Shown: positions 1 to 9,268, counted from the first letter of the stretch. The stretch: 32,000 bases of DNA from Candidatus Altimarinota bacterium (GCA_041659405.1 JBAZYK010000010.1:41508-73507), one strand, 5' to 3'. Program-made: numbers and translations. The notes: generated by a model from the letters alone, not told the origin.

Positions 1-645
1 GTTAATCCGCTTTATACTGCCGGTCATGCTGCTTTAACGGCTCCTATTGAAACGGTTAAAGGAACTTTTTCGGCAGTTTTGGAAGAGGGGGTTCTTGGGA
101 CTGTGGCCCAGACCGTGGAAGGTACAAAAGAGATAATTATGGGGCCGGGTGAATTGATTTTGGGTGTGCGGGATGGCGTTTGGCGGGCTTTAATCATGGA
201 TGGAATTGTTAATAATATTTTTAAAACGAGTACGTTAAATCCTTTAAATTGGCCAAAAGTGTTGAAAAAACTGGGAGGGAATTTGTTTTTGAATATGCCG
301 AAAGAGGTTATAGTTGGGGCATTAAAAGGCACAAAACGTCTTTTATGGAATGCTCCTAAACATTTGGTTTGGGGGATTCCAACGTCGTTATTGCGTGGTT
401 TAAGTGGAACGGTTGAATCGGTTTTAGGTGGAGCTGCGATTTTAATTGGTGGTGGCTCCGATAAAGGCCTTTCCGGCGTGCTGGTTGAAACCAGGGATGC
501 CTTAAATCGCATTACAAAAGGTTTGGTTCCAAAAACTACGATCATACCAATTGGGGGAGGGTCGGCTTCTGCTGAGCCAGTGCACATGGAGGCTCCTGTT
601 GCGGAAGCGCCTCATGCGGCCATGGTTCCTGCGGCAGCTCATTAA
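1..645 (+). CDS. Hypothetical Gly-rich protein, 5' end truncated by the window edge
   Basis: Frame 1 is open from base 1. The track start at 79 is a TTG inside that open frame. Stop TAA at 643-645. Same strand as the next gene and 35 nt upstream of it. The antisense ORF 24-587 looks like a Pro-rich mirror artefact. Confidence 0.55.
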   Translation, partial: VNPLYTAGHAALTAPIETVKGTFSAVLEEGVLGTVAQTVEGTKEIIMGPGELILGVRDGVWRALIMDGIVNNIFKTSTLNPLNWPKVLKKLGGNLFLNMPKEVIVGALKGTKRLLWNAPKHLVWGIPTSLLRGLSGTVESVLGGAAILIGGGSDKGLSGVLVETRDALNRITKGLVPKTTIIPIGGGSASAEPVHMEAPVAEAPHAAMVPAAAH

Positions 646-680
646 TTTAAAAATTATAAATTTTATAAAACAAAAACAAT

Positions 681-3542
681 ATGATTAAGCAAAATTCAGT
701 TAAAAAAACTTCCGGCACGCATGAAGTGCCTATTTCTACCGCGAGTGGAGCGAACTCCAATAATTTTTTAGGTGCTATTTGGGGCCAGGGAATCGGCTTT
801 TTGACGATTTTTTCTTTGGCGATTTTGTTCGCTTCTGTGATTGCTGCAACCGCGAACGTGCAGGGAGCTAAGGCGGCGCCAGCGTGTTATCTATTGAAAG
901 GAACAGGACAATCTGTACTTGTTTCCGGTGTGGCAAATTCCGGAGTCTTGAATTTTGGTTTGCCGGCTAATTATCAGGCTTATAATTCTTGTGCGAGTGA
1001 TGCCGGTGGTGGCAATACCAGTTTGCAAGGTTGGGCTTGGAATACCAATTTGGGATGGGTAAGTTTGTATTGTCCCGCAGGCGCGAATCAAATAAATCTT
1101 GGAAGACAATGTTCAAATGCGGCTTATACTGATGGATATGGCGTAACTGTTGATGTAAATGGTGTTTTAGGTGGATATGCCTGGAGTGATAACGCAGGAT
1201 GGATTAGTTTTGATAATGGAGCTTTTAGCAAAGTGAGAGTTGATGTAAATCCAAATAGTAAATGTGTGGGTAAAGTTTATGGATATACTCCTCCAAATGT
1301 GGCTTGTAATCCTAATGGTGGAAATGTTGATCAGGGGCATCAATTTACTTTTGCCTGGAGTGACAGTGTTGGCTGGCTCGATTTTTCAGGTTTAACTTTT
1401 CCGGTTGGAAAACCATTGTCAGCTTCTTTGACGGTGACGGCTGCGGTTTTTAATAAAGGCGATAATATTGATTATGCGGCTTTTTCGAATGCTGTTGATT
1501 TGACGAGTATTACCAAAACAAAGGCGCCGGTTGCAAATGGGCAGGCCGGTTATACTTTGGTTGTTAAAGTGACTAATGATCAAGGGCAAACAGTAGTTGT
1601 TCCAGATGGTTCAATGAAGATTTTAAATGTTTGGAATGATACGGTGAAGAAGATTCAAACTTATGATGGTTCTCCACAGAATTTGGGAGAAGATCAGTGT
1701 TTGGCTGGTTTAGCGGTGACTAAGCCTTGTGTTTATAATTCAATGCAAAAGCAATTTGCCAATCCCTATCCGGGAATTTATCAGGCAAATATTACGTCTG
1801 TAGCGCCTACTTCCAACATGAATGGTTTGGATACTCAGAATAATGGCATTGTTGATTTTCCGTATGAAAGTTTTGTTTTTGGGCCACCTATAACAAAACA
1901 GCCACTTCAGTCGAATGATCTTGTTTTAAAGCAAATTCTGGTGACAATTTCTGATCCAAATACTCCAGGAAAATGTATTTATCCGGATGTTAACTGTTCT
2001 ACTGTCCCGGTGAATGCATCTGATTATACTTTTAAGTTTAAGCCATCTACAGAAATGACAAAGTTGGAAAGTCCCGATAAAGATAAGATAGTTTATTCTA
2101 ACAATGTTCAGCAATTTGGTGCGACTATTACCGATAATTCCGGTGGTACGGATAAGGGGATTGTTAATTTGTATTCGGGAATTGATGCAACGGGGCAGGT
2201 TGTGCCACCTGAAACGGATTTTAGATTTGATAACGATAATGCTCCACAGATGTCGGATGGTGTTATTGATGGTAAAGATTCAGCTGTTTGGAATGATGTT
2301 GGTTTGTTTTTAAATCCAGATACTCAGCCTTTCTTTAGTGCAGGAATGCTTAATCCAGTAGGACCTCTTTCCGGTCTTTATATCTACAGTGTGGTTAGTG
2401 AGCAAGGTGCTCAGGTTCAATACTATTCAAATAAATTGACCCGCAGTGTTGATCTTTGGGGCAATGGCAAATATATTATTCCGCCGGTTGCGGTTTTCCG
2501 TGGAAATGTTTATTCAGGTTCGCTTTCTTCCGGAACTGCCTCAAGCCAGGCACTTCGTTCGATTGGTGATCCAAGTACCAAAAAGTTTAAGGATTCCGTT
2601 GTAAAGAACGTTTATAAGATTATTGGGGGCATTACAACTCCGCCTTTCGGTAATGTGAATTTGAGTTCCGGTTCGACAGGAATTAATGTGAATGGTAGTG
2701 CTGTTAAACTTATGAATGATAATGTTTATTACGCAAAGGGAAATGTTCATATTAGTGGTAATCCATTTAGCTGGACTGGTGAAAAAACGATTATTGTTAT
2801 AGGTGGCAGTGTGTTTATTGATGGCGATCTTAAGCCACAATCAACGAGTAGCAGATTGGGAATAATTGTTTTGAAGGATCAGGCGGCTTCGGTTGCTGAT
2901 CGCGCTAAACAGGGAAATATTTATATCAATAAAAACGTAAAACAAATTTATGCGAATATGGTCGCTGATGGGGCGGTTTTCCCTTATGATGCAGCGGCGG
3001 GCGTTAGCGAAAATGGAGAACCTAACTTTGCGAGTGTGGATGCCAAACGTTTGGCTTTGAATAAACAACAGCTCTTTATGCAGGGAAACATCGTTTCTAT
3101 GAATACGATTGGCGGGGCGGTTTTGAATAATGGAAAATATGTTTTGGGGAATGGGAAAATTTTGGCTCAAGGTGATCAAAATGCTCAATTACGTGCAGAG
3201 CTTTATGATTTGAATTATTTAAGGCAATTTACGGGGTATTTGAATGTTGATCAAAATGGTATGGCTAAAAGTGATCATAATCTTGCTCTAGTTGATGCGA
3301 CTACTTTGTTAAGTTTGAGTAAGATTATTAATCTTCAGGATGGAACTCCAAAAACGAATTATGCTTTATCTTATGGTTACCTTTATGATCCCGTTTTAGC
3401 TCTTCCTGGAATTTATTTCCATGCACCTACTTTAGCGGCAAAAGATTTGGCGGCGACTTATATTTATTTTGATCCGCCAACATCAACATTGCCGGGATTT
3501 GGTGTAAATGGAGCCTCTTTCTTCCAGAATTTGGCACAGTAA
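681..3542 (+). CDS. Large (953 aa) membrane-anchored or secreted surface protein, family unknown
   Basis: ATG start. Hydrophobic segment at about aa 36-57 (GIGFLTIFSLAILFASVIAATA) followed by NVQGAKA. Three Trp-rich repeats. Cys-containing N-terminal modules. C-terminal Gly/Asn/Val-rich strand-like segments. Confidence 0.8.
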   Translation: MIKQNSVKKTSGTHEVPISTASGANSNNFLGAIWGQGIGFLTIFSLAILFASVIAATANVQGAKAAPACYLLKGTGQSVLVSGVANSGVLNFGLPANYQAYNSCASDAGGGNTSLQGWAWNTNLGWVSLYCPAGANQINLGRQCSNAAYTDGYGVTVDVNGVLGGYAWSDNAGWISFDNGAFSKVRVDVNPNSKCVGKVYGYTPPNVACNPNGGNVDQGHQFTFAWSDSVGWLDFSGLTFPVGKPLSASLTVTAAVFNKGDNIDYAAFSNAVDLTSITKTKAPVANGQAGYTLVVKVTNDQGQTVVVPDGSMKILNVWNDTVKKIQTYDGSPQNLGEDQCLAGLAVTKPCVYNSMQKQFANPYPGIYQANITSVAPTSNMNGLDTQNNGIVDFPYESFVFGPPITKQPLQSNDLVLKQILVTISDPNTPGKCIYPDVNCSTVPVNASDYTFKFKPSTEMTKLESPDKDKIVYSNNVQQFGATITDNSGGTDKGIVNLYSGIDATGQVVPPETDFRFDNDNAPQMSDGVIDGKDSAVWNDVGLFLNPDTQPFFSAGMLNPVGPLSGLYIYSVVSEQGAQVQYYSNKLTRSVDLWGNGKYIIPPVAVFRGNVYSGSLSSGTASSQALRSIGDPSTKKFKDSVVKNVYKIIGGITTPPFGNVNLSSGSTGINVNGSAVKLMNDNVYYAKGNVHISGNPFSWTGEKTIIVIGGSVFIDGDLKPQSTSSRLGIIVLKDQAASVADRAKQGNIYINKNVKQIYANMVADGAVFPYDAAAGVSENGEPNFASVDAKRLALNKQQLFMQGNIVSMNTIGGAVLNNGKYVLGNGKILAQGDQNAQLRAELYDLNYLRQFTGYLNVDQNGMAKSDHNLALVDATTLLSLSKIINLQDGTPKTNYALSYGYLYDPVLALPGIYFHAPTLAAKDLAATYIYFDPPTSTLPGFGVNGASFFQNLAQ
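1029..1385 (+). repeat. Three protein-level Trp-rich repeats: GWAWNTNLGWVSL, GYAWSDNAGWISF and FAWSDSVGWLDF
   Basis: Motif [GF][WYF]AW-x4-GW-[VIL]-[SD]-[LF] at aa 117-129, 165-177 and 224-235 of the 953-aa ORF, by hand count. Confidence 0.6.
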
Positions 3543-3581
3543 AAAAGTTCATAATGTCTTGGTGGGAAATTCATACTTTAT

Positions 3582-3624
3582 AAAAAATACTCTGCTGACT
3601 TGGCTGGCAGGGTATTTTTATTTT
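3582..3624. terminator. Bidirectional intrinsic terminator between convergent genes
   Basis: AAAAATAC (3583-3590) plus TCTGC (3591-3595) pairs with GCAGG (3607-3611) plus GTATTTTT (3612-3619), about 13 bp including one G-U pair. An A-tract lies 5' and TTTTTATTTT lies 3', so it reads as hairpin plus U-tract on both strands. It overlaps the stop codon of the minus-strand GT2 gene. Confidence 0.7.
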
Positions 3625-5255
3625 CTGGCTTTTTCGGTTACGCGGTATTCAAGATATTTGCCGAACATTAGGCGGGTTTGGGCGTCCAAGGCGGGGATCG
3701 CACTTAAAATAATGCTTACTACAGGCACTAAAAGCCATTGAATAATCAGGGAGATTTTTCCAAATAAGCTGCGTTTTGTATTTTCCGGAATCAAAACCAG
3801 ACTGATGATGGCGCAGACAATAATACCGCCTGAACTGAAAGTGAGGATGCTGCTCATGATTTTTGGCAGGTTGTAGGCGAGCACGGTGTCGCGGAAACTT
3901 GGGTTTACCATGCCGGGAAGAAAGCCCATGAACGTAATTAAAATCGGGCCGGTTGCCCAGAAGAAGCTGTTTTTTAGGAATTCATAAATGCGATAAATTT
4001 TGTCGTATAAACTTATGCGCGGGTGTTTCCAAAGGTTGATAGCCATAAATGGGAAGTCGCAAACGCCCCAGGCCCAACGCCTTAATTGATTATATTGGCT
4101 TTTGAAGGTTTTAATGTAGGTTTCGGAAAGAACCGCGTCCATGTAAATCGGACAGTAAATAGGCACAAGTTTGTGGCGTCCATCATAAATTAAATAGGCC
4201 GACCAGTATTGGCGTGAGTCTTCGGGAATAACGGAAGGATCCCAATAATCCACATCGACAACTGTTTTAAAACTTAGCGCTCGGCTGGAAAAACTTTTGT
4301 ATTTGTCCTGTTCCATACTTTCGGCCATGCGCCAAAAAGTGCATGAAAGAGCCACCATGCGGATCATCATGGGCACATCCCAAATATTATTATGGAACAT
4401 GTGTGTTGGCTGATAAGCCATTTCCGTGCGATCTAAGGTCGTTAAATATTTGAAGGTGAGTTCGGAAAAATATTTTGGGTTCACGACCGTATCCGCATCA
4501 AAATTGGAAATTATTACGTTTTCGTAAGGAATATTTTTTTCGTCGAGGTGTTTTTTGAGTTGTTTGGCGGCATGTGTGGCATTGGCGCTTTTGCCTTTTA
4601 TTTCTCCGGGGAGATTTTTTGGATGAATGGTGGTAATAAATTTATGGAATTTATCGCCAAATTCTTTTTCGAGTTTGTGGCTTATAGCCAGGGCATTTTC
4701 CTTGTCGGCTTCTTCAACGGCAAAAACAAAAATAATTCCGGAAGGATCATATTCACTTAAAGTGTAAGATTTAATTGATTCTCTGACGATTTGGTAGGAT
4801 TCTTTGTAGGTTACAAAAATAATCGCGTGGATAATATCTTTGGATTTTTTATATTGTTGTTTTTGTTTGAGAAGGTTGATTTTTGCCTTTAAATCCCTGT
4901 AAAAATGGATGGTGGCTTTTTTCTTTTTGGGATTTTTTTCCTGGATTCTTTTGATTTCATAATCGATTTTTTCGGGATGATCAAGCAGAATTGTTAATTT
5001 TTCCCAGTCGGTTTTGAGAGCTTCTTTGACCAGATTGAATGAACGATAAAGATTGATGGACAGCTTGATGGAGCGGAAAAGCCAAGTGATTGTGTAAACG
5101 ATAATAAAACTTGCGGCTACGGCCGGGAAAAAAGCTGAGAAAATGATCGGGAAAAAAATTCCGGTCCAGGTGAGTGCGCCGGGCACTACTTCAAGCACTC
5201 TCCACAGTGGATGTTTTTTGATTAGGGTCAAATTTTGAGTGGTGGCGGTGGGCAT
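3618..5255 (-). CDS. Processive family-2 glycosyltransferase (cellulose/chitin/hyaluronan-synthase-like), polytopic membrane protein
   Basis: NFDADT (DxD), IPEDSRQ (ED) and QLRRW (QxxRW, aa 390-394, about nt 4074-4088). Two N-terminal and several C-terminal hydrophobic helices. ATG start. Confidence 0.75.
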   Translation of the reverse strand: MPTATTQNLTLIKKHPLWRVLEVVPGALTWTGIFFPIIFSAFFPAVAASFIIVYTITWLFRSIKLSINLYRSFNLVKEALKTDWEKLTILLDHPEKIDYEIKRIQEKNPKKKKATIHFYRDLKAKINLLKQKQQYKKSKDIIHAIIFVTYKESYQIVRESIKSYTLSEYDPSGIIFVFAVEEADKENALAISHKLEKEFGDKFHKFITTIHPKNLPGEIKGKSANATHAAKQLKKHLDEKNIPYENVIISNFDADTVVNPKYFSELTFKYLTTLDRTEMAYQPTHMFHNNIWDVPMMIRMVALSCTFWRMAESMEQDKYKSFSSRALSFKTVVDVDYWDPSVIPEDSRQYWSAYLIYDGRHKLVPIYCPIYMDAVLSETYIKTFKSQYNQLRRWAWGVCDFPFMAINLWKHPRISLYDKIYRIYEFLKNSFFWATGPILITFMGFLPGMVNPSFRDTVLAYNLPKIMSSILTFSSGGIIVCAIISLVLIPENTKRSLFGKISLIIQWLLVPVVSIILSAIPALDAQTRLMFGKYLEYRVTEKARK

Positions 5256-5319
5256 GGGAGAGAGCGATTTTTGCGGTTACACGGGGTCAAAGTTGTGCTT
5301 ACAATTTCAAAGTTTGCGG

Positions 5320-6816
5320 TTATGTTGTTTTGTGCCAGGAAAGATCTACTTCGGGATATTTTTTGAGTTCTTCAACCATGATGTTTTGGATTTGGGCGAG
5401 CTTTTCGGCGGTTTCGGCTTCAAAACGAAGAGTTAAATTTGGGCTTGTGTTAGAGCAGCGGATGGCTCCCCAGGCAAGGGTGTCAAAATTAATACGAACA
5501 CCGTCGATGGTGATGCAGTCATATAATTTTGTGAAATGGTCGGTGACTTTTTTGACGATTTCGAATTTGAGATTGTCGGGGCAGTGAGCCTTAAATTCAG
5601 GAGTTGTGAAAAGTGTTGGAAGTCCGTTGAATTGTTCCGAAAAAGATTTTTGTGTTTTTGATAAAATTTCCAGCAATTTGCATGCGGCAAAGAAAGCGTC
5701 ATCGAAGCCGTAATAATCATAATAGGTTTTTCCAAAAAACATGTGGCCGCTGATTTCTCCGCCGAGTGGAGCGTTTAATTCGTGCATGCGGGCTTCAATA
5801 AAAGAGTGGCCGGTTTTGCTCATGACAGGAGTGCCACCTAATCGAGTGATTTCATCAATCAAAATTTTGGAAACTTTTACATCAAAAACAATTTGTTTGG
5901 CTGAGTTTGATGCGAGATTGTTGTTGGGTGTTGTGTCGGAAGCAGATGCCTTTGCAACCTTCGCGCTGTTCACGTTTTCCAATAAATCACGAACGAGGAG
6001 AAGTAATAAATAATCTGCGGAATAATGTTTGCCGTTTTCATCGACTATTCCAACGCGATCGCCATCACCATCAAATCCAATTCCCAAATCTGCTTTGTTG
6101 ATTCTGACTTGTTCTGCCAAGTCCAGCATGTTTTTTTCTTCTTCGGGATTTGCTTCGTGGTGAGGAAAGTTCCCGTCCAAATCGCAATAAAGTTCAATTA
6201 CTTTGCAACCAATGGCTCGCAAAAGTTTGGGAGCGAAGGGCCCTGTGACGCCATTTCCCGCATCTACAACCACTTTTAAAGGTTTAGCGAGTTTGATGCG
6301 TGCTTGAATGTCTTTTAAATAATCATCAAAATTGTCGGATTTGGTGGTGTGCTCGGCCTGTTGCTCATCCTGTCGTTCAAAATCATTCGCTAAAATCAAT
6401 TTTACAATTTCCTGCAACTCATCTCCACAAACAGAGTGCGCGTTTTTGCCGACAATTTTTACGCCATTATATTCCTTGGGATTATGGCTTGCGGTAATGT
6501 TTACGCCGCTGTCCATGCCATAACGACAAACCGCATAATAAATTAGCGGAGAGGTGGAAATTCCCACATCAACAACATCAATTCCGGTGGAAAGCACACC
6601 TTCAATAAAGGCTTTTTGCAAATCGGGGCTGTGCAAGCGGTTATCGCGGCCAACCATCATATTGCGCGTGCCGTATTTGCGCTTCATATATGTTCCTGTG
6701 CCCTGGCCGATCAGTTTGACTGTTTCCGGTGTTAAGTCAGCTATTTCGCCAGCTTCGGGAATGGCAATTCCGCGGATGTCGTATGCACGAAAAATGAGGG
6801 GATTGATAGTTGTCAT
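5320..6816 (-). CDS. Phosphomannomutase/phosphoglucomutase (alpha-D-phosphohexomutase family)
   Basis: Active-site loop TASHNPKEYNGVK, metal loop GFDGDGDR and sugar loop GGEISGH. The TASHNP form favours PMM/PGM over GlmM (SASHNP). Confidence 0.85.
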   Translation of the reverse strand: MTTINPLIFRAYDIRGIAIPEAGEIADLTPETVKLIGQGTGTYMKRKYGTRNMMVGRDNRLHSPDLQKAFIEGVLSTGIDVVDVGISTSPLIYYAVCRYGMDSGVNITASHNPKEYNGVKIVGKNAHSVCGDELQEIVKLILANDFERQDEQQAEHTTKSDNFDDYLKDIQARIKLAKPLKVVVDAGNGVTGPFAPKLLRAIGCKVIELYCDLDGNFPHHEANPEEEKNMLDLAEQVRINKADLGIGFDGDGDRVGIVDENGKHYSADYLLLLLVRDLLENVNSAKVAKASASDTTPNNNLASNSAKQIVFDVKVSKILIDEITRLGGTPVMSKTGHSFIEARMHELNAPLGGEISGHMFFGKTYYDYYGFDDAFFAACKLLEILSKTQKSFSEQFNGLPTLFTTPEFKAHCPDNLKFEIVKKVTDHFTKLYDCITIDGVRINFDTLAWGAIRCSNTSPNLTLRFEAETAEKLAQIQNIMVEELKKYPEVDLSWHKTT

Positions 6817-6823
6817 TATTCAA

Positions 6824-6880
6824 AAAATGAGAGTTTAAAACGGGTATCACCGGTGTGACCCCGGTAAGCCCGCTCATTTT
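6824..6880 (-). terminator. Terminator-like hairpin or possible attenuator immediately upstream of the mutase start codon
   Basis: On the minus-strand RNA: CGGG-C-UUACCGG, loop GGUCACA, CCGGUGA-UA-CCCG, followed by UUUU. The hairpin is nested inside an outer AAAAUGAG/CUCAUUUU pairing that is followed by UUG. It ends about 7 nt before the ATG at 6816. Confidence 0.5.
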
Positions 6881-6941
6881 AGACTAAAGTGGCTTTGGAC
6901 TCAACTGTACTCATGTTGACTCTTAGATTGCCCAATAAATT

Positions 6942-7520
6942 TCATTTTTCGGATTCCTGGATATTTTTTAGGCGATTGGTTGCCTTCCAACTTTGAAGAA
7001 GTTTGGTGACGGATTTTGGCACAAGCTGTTCCCATTTTTGAGCGTTGGCTGAAGGGTCGTTTTTTGAATTGGATTTTGAGCCGGAGAGTGCGGATTTGAG
7101 CATTTCTTCACGCACAATTGTGCTGGAAATTTTGAGATGTTTTTTAATGTCGATGATTTGATATGGCTTTTTAAGCTGTAGATTGGCGTTTTCAAAAAGT
7201 TCCTTAACCACATCGGAACCGGTGTAGATTTTTTGGAATGGTGGTAAATAAAGTTGAACATGCGCAACCCAAAGTGCGTAATTATCAATATTTGGAATTG
7301 TAACAATGTTGTATTTGGAGCGGGGGATTTTGGCTTCTTCAAGAGCAGCTTCCAACATTTGAAAACGTTCGCCGGCTGTGAATGGATTGTTTGGACGAAA
7401 ATTATTTTGAGTGCTGCCGATGGCGATGTAAAGAAAATCGCTTTCTTTGAGCGCTTGTTTTATGGCATCTATATGACCTAAATGAACTGGTTGAAAGCGG
7501 CCGATGAAGAGTGATTTCAT
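6942..7520 (-). CDS. nadM: Nicotinamide-nucleotide adenylyltransferase, archaeal (NadM) type
   Basis: N-terminal GRFQPVHLGH cytidylyltransferase (H/T)xGH motif in the context typical of archaeal-type NMNAT. Ends ISSTIVRE. Lies 11 nt downstream of nadE. Confidence 0.72.
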   Translation of the reverse strand: MKSLFIGRFQPVHLGHIDAIKQALKESDFLYIAIGSTQNNFRPNNPFTAGERFQMLEAALEEAKIPRSKYNIVTIPNIDNYALWVAHVQLYLPPFQKIYTGSDVVKELFENANLQLKKPYQIIDIKKHLKISSTIVREEMLKSALSGSKSNSKNDPSANAQKWEQLVPKSVTKLLQSWKATNRLKNIQESEK

Positions 7521-7531
7521 TTTAATTAGTT

Positions 7532-8347
7532 TTACAGAAGTGACGTTTGATTTTCCGGTACCTCTTCAAATTTTTGGGTTTCTCCTTTTCCAATTTTAAT
7601 GATCGGTGGCATTTCCGATTTGTGTTTGTTGGCTTTAACTCGGCGAATAACGGAATGGACGAGCAGGGGATTCATGCCTTTTTGAATCAGGTCTTCTTCA
7701 CTGAAATTTGCTTTTTCCAGATCGATTTTTTTAAGAATTGGATCGAGTTCGCTGTATTTTGCGCCAAGTTCCACTTCATCGGTTTGGCCGGAAAAAAGTT
7801 CGGCAGTTGGTGCTTTTTCAATGATTTCTTTAGGCAATCCCACAAAATCGGCAAGGGCAAAAACTTCTTCTTTTAAAAGATCACCAATAACTTCCAAATC
7901 GGCAGCCAGATCGCCATATTTTGTGCCGTAGCCAAGTAAAATTTCGCTTTTATTGGAGGTTCCAAGTACTAAAGCTTCGGTAGTATTGGCGTAGTTGTAG
8001 AGCAAAACGGCGCGGATGCGGGCTTTGGTGTTTTGTTGGGCCAGTTTGCTTGGCTTCCATGGTAATCGCGCAAAATCGATCAAAAATGGATTGATTGGTT
8101 GCGAGAAAAACGTTACTTCAAGCGCTTCACATAATTTGTACGCGTGTTCAATGTTGATTTGTGCGGAAACGCCAAGTTCGGGCATGGAAAGAGCGGTGAC
8201 TTTTTCCGGTCCAAGCGCGTCTACGGCAAGCTTTAAGGTAAGCGCGGAATCGATCCCTCCACTTATACCAATTACAACGTGTGAAAGGCCGGTTTTAGCG
8301 AAATATTCCTGAATTCCTTTGATGAGTTGTTGATAAATTTGTTCCAT
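7532..8347 (-). CDS. nadE: NH3-dependent NAD+ synthetase
   Basis: PP-loop GISGGIDSA. Size of 271 aa. Conserved YGTKYGD and PTAEL segments. Confidence 0.85.
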   Translation of the reverse strand: MEQIYQQLIKGIQEYFAKTGLSHVVIGISGGIDSALTLKLAVDALGPEKVTALSMPELGVSAQINIEHAYKLCEALEVTFFSQPINPFLIDFARLPWKPSKLAQQNTKARIRAVLLYNYANTTEALVLGTSNKSEILLGYGTKYGDLAADLEVIGDLLKEEVFALADFVGLPKEIIEKAPTAELFSGQTDEVELGAKYSELDPILKKIDLEKANFSEEDLIQKGMNPLLVHSVIRRVKANKHKSEMPPIIKIGKGETQKFEEVPENQTSLL

Positions 8348-8390
8348 GAAATCGAGTCGTTACTGGATATTTTCTTCGGGAATGCTAACC

Positions 8391-8738
8391 TTATGAAAGT
8401 GCTTTTTTGATGGTGAATGCGCAAATAACTATTCCGGCAAGAATAAAAAGTGCAGGAACTACGAATACAACCCAATAAGTGGAAATATTGTCGGCTGTAA
8501 GGGTTGCCGGTTTTTTATTGTAACTGATTTCGACTTTACCTTCTTTGATGAGTGGCCCCAAAATTGCGTAGGCCATAATTATTCCAAAAACCAGGAAGGC
8601 AAGCCCCAAAAGCATTGGCAGAATAACGCTGACGGCAAAAGAGTAGATTTTATCGATGCTGTCTAAAGCTGATCCGGATTTGTCTTTTAAAGACTCTAGG
8701 GCATTTTTGGTGGAAGAAGGGAGGTCGTTTTTATCCAT
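8391..8738 (-). CDS. Small membrane protein, hypothetical (two predicted TM helices)
   Basis: ATG start. Hydrophobic stretches VSVILPMLLGLAFLVFGIIMAYAIL and YWVVFVVPALFILAGIVICAF. Sits within the co-directional gene string. Confidence 0.55.
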   Translation of the reverse strand: MDKNDLPSSTKNALESLKDKSGSALDSIDKIYSFAVSVILPMLLGLAFLVFGIIMAYAILGPLIKEGKVEISYNKKPATLTADNISTYWVVFVVPALFILAGIVICAFTIKKALS

Positions 8739-8758
8739 GCCGGATGGGGGTTAGTTTG

Positions 8759-9268
8759 TTAATATTTTTTTAATGCTCTACTGATTTCCAGATTTTGGGC
8801 TTTCTTTTTTAATTCGTTGCGGCGGTCATGTTTTTTCTTGGATTGGCAGATGCCCAGCTGCATCTTAATGTGGTTGTGGCTTAAATGAAAGTCCAAGGGC
8901 ACAATGGTTGTTCCCTTAGTATCCAGGTGATTTTTTAGTTTGAGGATTTCTTTGTGATGAAGCAGCAACTTTCGTTTTTGAGTTGGACTGTAGCCGAGTT
9001 GTGGAGCTTGTTTGTACGGTGAAATGTGCACATTGCGGACAAGGGCTTCCAGCGTGATTGCCGAGGGCGCGTTTTTGTTGATGTTTTTCGTGTTTTTATG
9101 ATGTGCTGTAACTTCAACAAAACTGCCTTTTAAATTGGCATGACTGGCGCGAACGGATTTAACTTCCGCACCGGACAAAACAATTCCGGCCTCGAATTTT
9201 TCAAGAATTTCATATTCGGCAAAGGCCTTTTTGTTCTGCGCTAAAATTGAGTTTTTACCTTTTTCCAT
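8759..9268 (-). CDS. smpB: SsrA-binding protein SmpB
   Basis: NKKAFAEYEILEKFEAGIVLSGAEVKSVR plus RKLLLHHKEI and a basic C-terminal tail. Carries an insertion of about 20 aa (HHKNTKNINKNAPSAITLE) relative to E. coli SmpB. Confidence 0.9.
   Translation of the reverse strand: MEKGKNSILAQNKKAFAEYEILEKFEAGIVLSGAEVKSVRASHANLKGSFVEVTAHHKNTKNINKNAPSAITLEALVRNVHISPYKQAPQLGYSPTQKRKLLLHHKEILKLKNHLDTKGTTIVPLDFHLSHNHIKMQLGICQSKKKHDRRNELKKKAQNLEISRALKKY

Noticed and set aside
24-587. 187-aa minus-strand ORF overlapping the first plus-strand ORF
   Set aside because: It is Pro-rich, the mirror image of a Gly-rich plus-strand frame. The plus frame is open to the window edge and is co-directional with the next gene.
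3508-3741. 77-aa plus-strand ORF spanning the terminator region
   Set aside because: It overlaps the end of the 953-aa gene, the bidirectional terminator and the 3' end of the GT2 gene. It has no supporting features.
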